Shown in pieces: positions 53,201 through 64,000 of a stretch of DNA of 64,000 nucleotides; position 1 is the stretch's first letter, and each line of letters begins with the position of its first letter. This stretch comes from Phoronis australis (Eukaryota > Animalia > Phoronida). The notes below the pieces were generated by a model. That model did no database searches and was not told where the DNA came from. It saw only the letters and a list, made by a program, of their open reading frames with translations. Position numbers and translations under genes: made by a program. The stretch is from NCBI GenBank assembly GCA_002633005.1, contig NMRA01000754.1, forward strand, positions 62,001 through 126,000. Reading direction: 5' to 3'.

Positions 53201-53282
53201 ACTGGACATCCACATGATTGGAGCAATGGCCACCATCAGAGTTGTCTTGGTGAGGATGAGAGTTTTTCTGGAGATCAGTCAT
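41204..53282 (-). CDS. Organic anion transporting polypeptide (SLCO/OATP family, probably SLCO4-like), 668 aa
   Basis: Exons 53282-53072, 51000-50830, 50335-50228, 49063-48890, 48557-48455, 48082-47961, 46997-46740, 45850-45649, 43645-43498, 42964-42804, 42032-41968 and 41487-41204 (2007 nt, phases consistent). OATP signature DPRWYGAWWLG, LEKRFGLSSTQTG, YLDENV, Kazal-like CNTACDCS..YQPVC..YFSPCHAGC, LGTIPGPI..G.IFD.AC. Confidence 0.93.
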
Positions 53283-55124
53283 GACGGACCTTAAAAGCAT
53301 AACCATGATTCTGTGGTAACAAGATAATAAACACGAGATCAGTTTTTATTTAAACAAATGCCAAACCCTCAGGCACTAGCACATTAAAATTTTGATGTGG
53401 GCACAGTGTGCTGGGAAATTAACTTAGAAATACCATGTTAAGTGCAACTCCCCCAGCAAATTGCCAGCCAGAAGAATTGTTCAGCAGATCCCATAGGCAG
53501 TGTTAAACTTTTGGTAGTTCAGCAAGGGGAAATCAATATTTCATTTCCACTGAAATTCAGACAACTTCTGTCAGCTAAATTTTCATTAAAACTTTAAAAC
53601 ACACCTTCCAATTATTGCTGCTTTAGTCCTTCATAGTGAACCAAAAGGTTAAGTTTGTTTACTGCATGGTAAATGAGAACTATTTATACACTGCGCTAGA
53701 TATACATATAATGATTTTCTAATAAATCACCGCAAGTCTAATAACTTAGAGTGACACGCAATACATAACAAATAGACAGAGTGACAGAAACATTTTCCCA
53801 TCCATCTTGAATCATTATTATACTCTTCCTCAGTATTCTGAAAATGTAAAAAGTCAATACATGACGACATCCCGTAGTGCTCCCAACTCTGAAGCCTGGG
53901 AGATAATTGGCCTGCTTGTTATCATACGGGACAAAAGACTGAGCTGGGAAGTCCACAAAATAGCCAGATGCTATCGCACGTTCAGCACCCCTCTCTGGAA
54001 AAGTTGCTGAACGACACAATGCTGTAATGAACTTTTAAGCATACAGTCTTGATAATTAGGCCCAACATCAATATATCGCTCCCAGCTGATAACTAGCGGG
54101 GTTTTACGACTCAAGACTGAGAAACCAAGTCTGATTGGCATGTAGTCGGTTAACACATGACGGCGACTCCCGTTGCTCCCAACTCGTTCAATTCTATAGC
54201 CCAACAACAAGTTGGGAAGTTTACCCCCGTAGCCAATATCGTACACCACTGATTATAACTCCATACTAGCATTTATGGTTGGAGGGCCTGCGCTCTTTTG
54301 TTAGATAATTGCTCTAATCTCCAATCAGATCGTATCTAGCCTGACTGGGCTGCGCTGATAAAAATGAGAGTTAAGTTATAACAAATTTGTCAAAACATTC
54401 TAACGTAAGTATAAAAAACTATATAGTAGAAATTTAACTGTAGAGAGCAAAATATATTTTTATGACGAATAAATATTGCACATGATCTGATTAAGCTATA
54501 AGTTGGCCTAGTTGGTAATTTTTACTGCACATACTTTTAAAAGTTAAAAATAGGTTAGCACCAAGATGGATGCATGTTTTTAAACATGCTTAAAAGCCAT
54601 TTTGAAAAGTTATTAACTAAATGATTTTAATTTGCTATTTACCAGTTTCCGGCACCTACTGCCAGTGCATGATCACAACTAAAATTTACTTTATGCATCT
54701 AAATCAGCAGGCGATAGGACCGTGAGGGATCATTTAGCAGTTTAGTCTGTGTACCAGTACAAAATAAGCCTCTATTCAACTATTCAAGTATCAGGATTAA
54801 AAGACTCCCAAGACCAAATCCATCCGGCAAAGGCAAATTTGAATACGAAATAACTTTTGACATTGATGAGTGTAACTGGCGAGTTTCACCCAGCAGTTTT
54901 TACCTTACAGGTTGAAGAACATCTCCTGGCGTATATGACGGATTAGTGACTGCTCCACAACTGAGTCACTGAGTGTCAATGCGGTCATTGACACTGACTG
55001 ATCATCACGAGTCACTGAATGAGAGCTCAGTCCAGCGTGACACCATAGTCTGGTGACACTCTAGGCAATGACCATCGCCTCTGTTGGCCCGAACTCAAAT
55101 CACCTACAACTTTTAAATAATAAC

Positions 55125-56566
55125 GCTATCATGCACTAACCTTTGCTTTCCCTGTTCTTTCAATTGACATGTACACGGTAGTGGGAGTTCGGGTCACACA
55201 CCCCGAGTGTCAAACTGTTGTGCGTGAACTTGGAATCTGCTAATCTCAAGATAAAGCATAACAGAGTGTTGCGTAAAAAGGTGAAATTTTTGTTCGGTGA
55301 AAAGAATTTTTATAATTATTGGCCTCGAGTTCAACCATTTTCTCTTTTACCGTAACTCGTGTCGCTGAACCAGAGGAATATGTGAATGGCTAAATAGATC
55401 ATTGTTTGGTGAAACTGATCGCCCGTAGTTAAGGTTGGAATTTTGATAATACACAAAACGTACCGAGAGCCAGAGTGGCGTACATCATAGACTACAGTAT
55501 AATCTATGCGTACATGAAGTAATATCCCACGAGCCATTATTCCGCGTATCGACCGAGACCGGAATAAGCCTGAGGTCGAGTGGGATACTACTTCATGTAC
55601 GCCAATCGAGGTACGTTTGGCATTTATCCCATGCGCTTCGATGATTCCTAAGTTTCCTACATTTTTTCGGCAGACTTTTCAAATACTTCACCCAGACTGT
55701 TCACATGGCGGATCACATCCTATATGTATGTTCTTGTGCGTTAGGTTGCAAGTTTCATTTTCTCTTGAAAAAGAAACAGTTTTATAAGTCGATTTATTTT
55801 TTNTGCTTCGGGCCAACAGAGGCGATGGTCATTGCCTATCATGCACTAACCTTTGCTTTCCCTGTTCTTTCAATTGACATGTACACGGTAGTGGGAGTTC
55901 GGGTCACACACCCCGAGTGTCAAACTGTTGTGCGTGAACTTGGAATCTGCTTAATCTCAAGATAAAGCATAACAGAGTGTTGCGTGAACTTAGAATTGAA
56001 TATCCTTTAAGGTAAAAAGGTGAAATTTTTGTTCGGTGAAAAGAATTTTTATAATTATTGGCCTCGAGTTCAACCATTTTCTCTTTTACCGTAACTCGTG
56101 TCGCTGAACCAGAGGAATATGTGAATGGCTAAATAGATCATTGTTTGGTGAAACCATAGATTATAGTCTATGGTGAAACTGATCGCCCGTAGTTAAGGTT
56201 GGAATTTTGACAATACACAAAACGTACCGAGAGCCAGAGTGGCGTACATCATAGACTACAGTATAATCTATGCGTACATGAAGTAATATCCCACGAGACA
56301 TTCATTCCGCGTATCGACCGAGACCGGAATAAGCCTGAGGTCGAGTGGGATACTACTTCATGTACGCCAATCGAGGTACGTTTGGCATTTATCCCATGCG
56401 CTTCGATGATTCCTAAGTTTCCTACATTTTTTCGGCAGACTTTTCAAATACTTCACCCAGACTGTTCACATGGCGGATCACATCCTATATGTATGTTCTT
56501 GTGCGTTAGGTTGCAAGTTTCATTTTCTCTTGAAAAAGAAACAGTTTTATAAGTCGATTTATTTTT
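55125..56566. repeat. ~680-bp duplication (55125-55802 and 55837-56566) across N55803
   Basis: CTATCATGCACTAACC...AAGTCGATTTATTTTTT occurs twice; copy 2 carries two small extra segments. Confidence 0.9.
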
Positions 56567-56993
56567 TGAAAAGAGGTAGCAAAGATGAAAATAAACGGCA
56601 ACTGAGCAGTGAACTTGTAACATCTCCTGAAAAAACAACAATATTTAAGATTTTAATTTAATAGGATTCGGCGCCTGAGTTGCAGACGATACTGAGAGAA
56701 AGTGTCTTGCTATAATTAACACTGAGTTTTTTTCCAGATTTTACGTTTAGGGCCTGGTTGCATGTCGAGTGTTAGTTCATACACTGTCTGTTGCAACTGT
56801 ATTACTTAAAACTACATTCGGAAAGTTTGATGATCGAACCGGCTGGAGACGTCCGTCGCCGAGTCGGCGACATTGACCTACTTTGAACTTTTGAACTTTC
56901 CATGTCAGAGGGCACTGTTGAAGTAGCTGCGGGAGGTGAATACGGAAAACTTTATTACATGGCCGTATTTCGCTCTCGACAGCTTCAACGCGC

Positions 56994-57179
56994 GTGGGAT
57001 AAATAGATTATTACATGGCGAAATCATTATCCCCCGTTAGAGCCCGAGTGGATTTTGGAGAATTATCACCCCCCGGCGAGGGGCGTTAGCCCCGAGGGTG
57101 TGATAATTCTCCAAAATCCACGAGGGCTCTAGATACGGGGGATAACGACTGAGAACATGTAATAATCTATTTATACCAC
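56994..57179. mobile_element. ~185-bp foldback (palindromic) element
   Basis: Outer arms GTGGGATAAATAGATTATTACATG / CATGTAATAATCTATTTATACCAC; inner arms GTGGATTTTGGAGAATTATCAC / GTGATAATTCTCCAAAATCCAC. Confidence 0.75.
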
Positions 57180-57452
57180 ATACTGAACGAGAAACATTGC
57201 AATGAACCTTTCTCGACTAGCCTCGGCTTTGTAACTTAACTTTCTATGTCAGAGCGGGCCCGGTGTCGGAGGTCGTGACCTTTTATTAGAAAAGCCGAGC
57301 TATTTTTGTCAAATAATACTATACTCAAACCAATTGAAAATTTAAACAAAATAGAAATATAGTGAATCTATAAGGTTTCAACTATTATATACACATTTTA
57401 TCACGCTTAGCTTCGACCGGGAATATATCGTCTGCTAAAGTAGGTTAACACT

Positions 57453-58230
57453 GCAAAAGGTACCCGCTCATCCAAAACCTTTACGGCAAACAGATGGCGC
57501 TGGATGCAATGATGCTTTACCAACAGGCAGCGCTGCTTACACTCATGTGACATTCTTGTGTGAACTGAATCTTGTGTTGATAGAACATAAAATACAGACG
57601 TTTCAACTTGGTGAACCATCAGCTGCCGTGTCGTGCCACGGCCAGTCCGGCTGCTGGGCTCAGTGTTGTTGGCTAACGAGACGCTGAACGAAAAAGAAAA
57701 TATCGCAGAGAATAAAACCTAACATGTATATCACCATGTATAATTCAAGCATAATTTAAAAAATATAGTGGTTATATTTCAACCTAATTAAAATTATGGT
57801 TGTGAAGTTGCCAAAATCTCGCCGGGCGGAAAAGTGGCCGGGCCCGGATTAGTAGCCTCACCATGGTCACGTTCATTTAATATATATTTTACCCCAGCGT
57901 TTAGGCCGAGCAACCACAACAGCGTATATTATTAACACTTTCACCTTAATTACATGTTATAAATAGTTGTTACAAATGGGGTTTTAAACATGGAATGTCG
58001 GACACAAAGATTTCTTTTCCACACAAATTCGCCACTCATCAGGACATACACTGTCTGGATCATGAACTCTCGTGACCTGTGGCTACAGTCAGCAGCAGCA
58101 GAATGTAGGTCAAGGTTCTTGGTTAAGATTCTCTGGCAGACAGTCTTACTTGAGCGATAAAATGACACGTGATTGATGAAAAGCGCCATCTGTTAGCCGT
58201 AAAGGTTTTGGATGAGCGGGTACCTTTTGC
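57453..58230. mobile_element. 778-bp non-autonomous Mutator-like (MULE) element
   Basis: 49-bp TIRs GCAAAAGGTACCCGCTCATCCAAAACCTTTACGGC(A/T)AACAGATGGCGCT with one mismatch; perfect 9-bp TSD GTTAACACT at 57444-57452 and 58231-58239. Confidence 0.85.
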
Positions 58231-58495
58231 GTTAACACTAGTAACAGAGTATAATGCTCAAATCAAAGGATCCCGACGACACGATAACCGCATTCAAATT
58301 GGAGATCGGCGATTTACAAGTGAGAGAACACGAGAGAAAAATTTCACTGATTTAAACTTAGTTGAATATCGTTTTTATGGAAATTATGCGTCTTATTTTT
58401 CATAGCATATAAATGTCGGTGCAATGCCCTTTGCTGAAGATGCGATTGTTGCTCGTGCTCATTTAAGTATTCTATTTTCGCGTTCGATTACGTCA

Positions 58496-58562
58496 GCCGC
58501 TGAGTGGTGTATTGGTAAAGTCGGCGACTCTTGAGGCCCGGGTTCAAATCCAGCCACGGATT
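58496..58562 (+). mobile_element. tRNA-derived SINE head or degenerate tRNA-like sequence
   Basis: A-box-like TGGTGTATTGG and B-box GGTTCAAATCC at tRNA-like spacing, but no convincing cloverleaf. Confidence 0.4.
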
Positions 58563-61500
58563 CCGCCAAAATGTTATCTCACTGGTGAGAAAACTTTATT
58601 AAACGGTTGTATCGGCCATTCGAGGCTAAAATTGTGGTGAATTATTTTATTCAAATGTAACTTGATTTAGTGCAGTAACGTGATTATTTGACAATTAGTT
58701 GCCTCGCGTATTCCAAGTTCACGCAACACTCGCTTTTGCTTAATTTTGAGACTTGACAAGATGTTAAGTTCACGCATAACAAAACATTTATTTACTATTA
58801 AATTTATTTTTAAACTAGCGACATCTACCGAAGAAAAAGTACAACAAGCAGAGGGAGACAAACAATCCCATTGGACGGCCACTGGCGGCCATTGTTTTTC
58901 CATGGACCGTAGAGTCGTGTAGCGGACGTGTGTGGAATATACAAATATGGCAAGACAACACGGCTCCAGACGGTAAAAAGAAACGGTGCTTTTTGCAATA
59001 CCTGCGTCTGCAGCAACAGTTAATTGAAAATTCGTGACTTTTTTGCTTCCCCACTTATTAAGATAGATAATGTTCACGATTGAAACAAAAAATGTTTTTG
59101 TGTGAAACTGCTGCCAGTCAACCATGCAGTGATGGACCGGGTGCTTTGAACTTTTATGTCTTTACAGTTCCCTGCATTTGATCGCTTATATAGAAAATTA
59201 TCGTTAATTGTTTGCATGATTTTGGGAAATATTGATTAGTGTATGCTATGCCCATTGATTACTTTCTTTCATTTCTTTCTGCAGTCTTAATTCATTCAGA
59301 TCTAAAAGATTATAACATTTACTATTACTACTTATTTACTAATTTTATTATTGTTATATTATCATATATTTGTTATTATTTATTTATTATTATTTATTTT
59401 TATTTATTTATTTATTCATTGTTTTTATTGATTTGCTGTTACTTATTTAAATTATTTCTTGTGATCTCATACAGTTAACATTCTGGCCATCGTTGGTCAA
59501 TAATTTATATTACATAATCATGATATGGACTTCAGTGCATAATAAATATTAATTGTATGGTTTGGTAACCCGCTTGATAATTTTCCACAAGAAGTGTCGA
59601 AGGAAGTGTTCTTTTAAAAGCACATTGAGTCTTACATCGGTGGGTATGTCGATCGTATGTGTACTACTTTGAAACCCCGTCAAACTCAGTGGCGATGTCG
59701 TTTCTTTAGATTTTTGTTTTGACATGGGTCTTAAAGCATCAAGTCAGGAAATAAGGCGTCATTATGTTATTTACTTTGAAGTTGGCCGCTTTTACCTGCC
59801 GATGTAGGCTGAATATGCCTTAACTATCTGCTGATAGTTGATTTTAAAAAGTATGAATGTTTTACAAGAGCTGGAACGCATCGTAAAAACTATCTTAAAT
59901 GGACTGTGTATCCAATAGGCGTCTTGGCTATGGGCATATAAGGCAAGTTTATTGGAATGTAGACAGGAATTCCATCTGTTGCTGGTTTTCAACCCCCTAC
60001 CCTCGAATCCAGTTTCATTCAACACAACCCACCCTAATTTCGCTACCCATTTCAGATAACATCAGGCACGGATCCAGTGAATCATAAGATAGCGACTCCA
60101 CTCTATTCCCTTAAAACTGCTGCATATTTGTGCCGTGATTTTGTAACATGAATAAAAGGGTCTTCAGATGCAAACTTGGACTAGAAACTCATAGGCATAA
60201 AGTATAATGTACTCGAGCACAGTCTGATAACCACTTATATTGCGTTGGGACAAAAGGAGCAGAGAAATTGACAAATACAATTTCGAGTTCGTTTCGAGTA
60301 CAAAGATTAGAGACCGGCCAGTGGTTTGTCAGTAGCTACAGATAGTTCAAATTCACCGTGCTGTATTTTTTTCTCTTCCACGTAGTTACCGGGCATTTTA
60401 CGAAACATTAATTCTTGAACACACCTTGCTGTCGTGCATCGAGATGGTACCCAGGGGATCTGTTTGCGGACTTCACTACGTTCCTTAGATCTTCTCACTA
60501 CGTTGTGGACTTTGTTTGCTCACTTTGTTTACTCATTTTTGGCATTTTTTGCCTCTTCATCTTCATTATAAGGTCCTCTTTTATTCTTAACATTTTCTAA
60601 TAATCTGAAAGCTGGGCCCTAGTATTTTAATGAAAATAAATGTAGACGCCTCTTAAATTAGGATCATTCAATGAACATAAGTTCAGCACTGCTATTCATT
60701 TTCAATATAGAATAAGTACTCTAAAAGGCTTCGACGTCGTTAAATTTACTCTCGCTATGAATGTTAAAAATGGAATAAGTGGAGAAGATAAAATAATAAA
60801 AGAGTTTGGACAATGAAGGGACTACAGAATGCGTATTTCATTTAACCGGCTAGTCAATGACTTCATGTCTGTCCATTGTCAGCGAGACCAAGGACACACA
60901 TAATGGGGAGACTATCTATTCTTGATTCTGGATAGACGTCGGGAGTATTTTCATTAATTGAATTCGCCTAGACAAACTGCAAGGTTAGGACCATCACATA
61001 ACCGTACTTCCACAAAAAACGACGCTCACGTACGTGTCTCGATCAATGTGACCAATTACCCACCAGGAATTGCTTAAATTTTGCAGATTGGATGCAACGA
61101 ACTTGGTGTTGTTGTTGTAACAAAACACTCAAAACTGGGCTAAACAGTAATGTGTTTTACGCAAATAGAGCAAAACAAGCTATAGGCTAATTCAGTAAGG
61201 TCATTGGCTTTCTTTCCAGCCCGCGTTGACTTGTCGAGTTGTTTAGTCACTCTCAAAAATGTCTTTATAAAACCATTTCTGTGATCTCATGTCCTCGGAC
61301 GACCACACCACTTCCCTCGTTCCACTCAGTTTCCAAAAGTCCTTTAACTTTTATGGGTTTGTCTGATTGTGGGAACAGTTTACCCAGTCTGGATCCACTG
61401 TTCCTCCAAGCCTGTTGCTTCCGTTGACTTCTTTTGGCATCACTTTCCTTGCTCTTCTTCTATGACATCAATTTGTTCTGTAATCAGTCCTGTGAGGAAT

Positions 61501-62439
61501 TTTTTTCCACAGGAAAAAGTGTTCTGACCATTTTCTATTTATGTTATTGACGACAGAGCCACCAGGAAAATACGTCTGCCCTCATTATACCTAGAACTGT
61601 GTGCTGTCATTGAAACCCACGTGATCACAGTTCCATGGAAGTACGTCAATAGTTTGTTGGACCTAGCTCCACACAGTGGGGTGACTTGGATACTTTAAAC
61701 CAGCCTCATGATTGTCAACAAAAACGAAACTTTGACTTTACACTCGATATTTTTAAGGTTGAAAACTATGATAGGTGATTCTAGCCACTATTTCTAGGAT
61801 AAGCATTGTACTTCTGTGACCATCGCAGATAAACTTTTAGTTACCTGTAACGTTTTATTTACGTGTATGCTCTTGTCTCTACGGATATTCTTGGATTTTG
61901 CATGTTAAGTGATTTGTTATTCTTGATGTCATTGCTTTAATTTTAGTTTAAAAAATCTGCTAATGAAACGCATACTTTTCTTGTTGTCCTTCCTGGCTGT
62001 GTAATCACTTTTTCTTTGGTTGTGTTTCATGATTTGGTAGCGATTTCTCTGTTTGTACATTTCATTTTGATCCCTCAGTTATCGCATATTGTCAGAGACT
62101 GAAGGATGTACAGTGTAAATATGAATATATTATTAGCCTCATTTAATTTTCACTGCACTGTGTGCATGACACTTGATGAACTGATTTTTGAAATGTTTCT
62201 GGTTTTTAAGATTTTTATATTTTACTTATGTTTACTTAAGTGTATTTTAGGAATTGCGTTTTATTTTCTGCAATTAATCAGTGTCAATGAAATATTAATA
62301 GAACTCAAGTTTGTTAAATCTTATATGAGAATCATTAAATTTGTTACTTTACCCCACTCTTGTGTTAGTGAAAATCGAAATTTTTGAATGCCTGTCCTAT
62401 TGAAACTTATTGCTTTTGGAAAACTTCAGTTTTCAAAAA

Positions 62440-62720
62440 AGTAGTTCCTTGAAAAAACTTAAGTTTTGATGACTTATGTTTGTTACTAAAATTTTGTTCC
62501 AAAACGTAATTTTTTCAAAAACTTAAGTTTCTGAAGCTTAAGTTTCCAAAAACTTAAGTAGTTTGGATTAAGTTTTTGGAACGAACTTAAGTTTTTAAAA
62601 CTTAAGTTTTTAGAACTTAAGTTTTTGAAAAACTTGAATTCGTTCCAAAAAGTTGTTCCAAAATACTTAAGTTTTCGCTAAAAACTTAAGTTTTTCCATA
62701 AAAACGTAAGTTCATTTTTG
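62440..62720. repeat. Degenerate cluster of palindromic AAAACTTAAGTTTT motifs
   Basis: Roughly ten ACTTAAGT-centred units interspersed with GTTCCAAAA / TTTTGGAAC. Confidence 0.7.
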
Positions 62721-64000
62721 TAAGAGACCAACGGGGGTTTCGCATCAACTCTCGGGCGGCATCTACTGTTGTCAGTTTTAGCTAGCCTACCCAGCCATGC
62801 AGATAGATCTGTCGTTTGGGTCTCACTTGTTGTAGCGTTAACTTCTCTAATCTCTACCGTTACTTAGTATCTAAAATTTTGTTTTTATCGGTGTCGTTTA
62901 TTTTGTTGTTTCTCATACTCCTGGGCTTAGCCTCAAAGGCTTATGCACCTTTTCCCTTGTAACTTTTTACTCCTTGTATGTTTTGTACACATATTTTGCT
63001 TTTGTATACTACAGCCTCGAGTGGGCCTTTTCAATATTCCACCATCGCGTTTTTCCTTCTACCCATCTTGCTGAGTCTTGTTTCCTAATATTTTGTACAT
63101 GAGGCACCCCATAATACATGTCATTATTGGACCATATACTTCTTGTCTTACTCTGCAGCATAACCTGTCGCACGGCCTACGGTAAAATTCGTCAGCTGTA
63201 AATCCCTGCTATATCACTGTAGCTATTTCAGACCACTATCGAACTACTTTTGTACAACACCTCGCGTCCACGCACACAATTGGTAGGTCCGAAATACGCT
63301 TTTTCAGCCAAACACCATGAACTAACTAGAATCCTTTTCAATCAATCTTTTGTTTAGGTTTGCCAAATGAAAAATGATATGGTCTGCTGAACACGGGTGG
63401 AGAAAAAGCAGAGTCAAGTCTTAAGGGAGGTGAATGTTGATGGCCGGTAAGAAACGTTGAAAATTCAAATCTTCAACATGATGCATGTCCACAGGAAAGA
63501 AAAAATTACCTTACCGCCGGGCGGATGCGTGTTGCACGCTGAAATGATAAACTTCTAAAACAGTAGTCAGGTACAATTCTCAAAAGAAGTAAAATACATA
63601 TAGATGCTTAAAGGTAGCTCAACCTCTGTCATGTTTTGTTCTCCTTAATCTCAAGACTGTTGAGTATCTTCTTGTATTGGATAATCTAAAACGGCAATGT
63701 TCATACTTTCACCGAAAAAACTTTAACATGCGAGAACCTTACACGTGCGCGCATCTAAATAAACAGATTAGTCTGGAACTCGAAGTGATTCTAAGGTCAT
63801 TCCCAGCACATCCATATCTTCTGACAAACATATACCCAAGTTGCGTAACAATTATACCGACAGTAATGTTGTGCCCAAGATTTACGTTTCAGAAAAGAAC
63901 AGCGGCTGTTTAATGATTACCATTTTAAGTAATGAAGTTCGACATCGGACACATTTTAAAATGCGCGTTTGCACTTTACCCTATACCGTGCCACTGTTGG

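Noticed and set aside
59239-59478. Hydrophobic 79-aa ORF
   Set aside because: Translation of AT-rich (TTA/TTTA)n low-complexity sequence.

Overview
Eukaryotic (animal) genomic DNA: AT-rich, with GT-AG spliced genes, probably a marine invertebrate (inferred from gene content and repeat types; I cannot name the taxon). Most entries in the ORF track are spurious. Hand splicing gives five genes: the last three exons of CCDC91 (+); a two-coding-exon 416-aa intracellular ARTC-type (R-S-ExE) ADP-ribosyltransferase-like gene (-); a five-coding-exon 282-aa secreted BRICHOS-domain precursor with a furin site and a 9-Cys C-terminal domain (-); eIF3F (+, 8 exons); and an SLCO/OATP transporter (-, 12 coding exons). 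The rest is introns and intergenic DNA with THAP-bearing DNA transposon remnants, MITEs, a 9-bp-TSD Mutator-like element, tiny P-like insertions, hairpins and minisatellites. Each of the three single-N positions (13282, 34839, 55803) is followed by a slightly diverged rerun of upstream sequence, most likely uncollapsed haplotypes. The best candidates for new biology are the adjacent ART-like and BRICHOS/Cys-rich genes, which sit between housekeeping genes.
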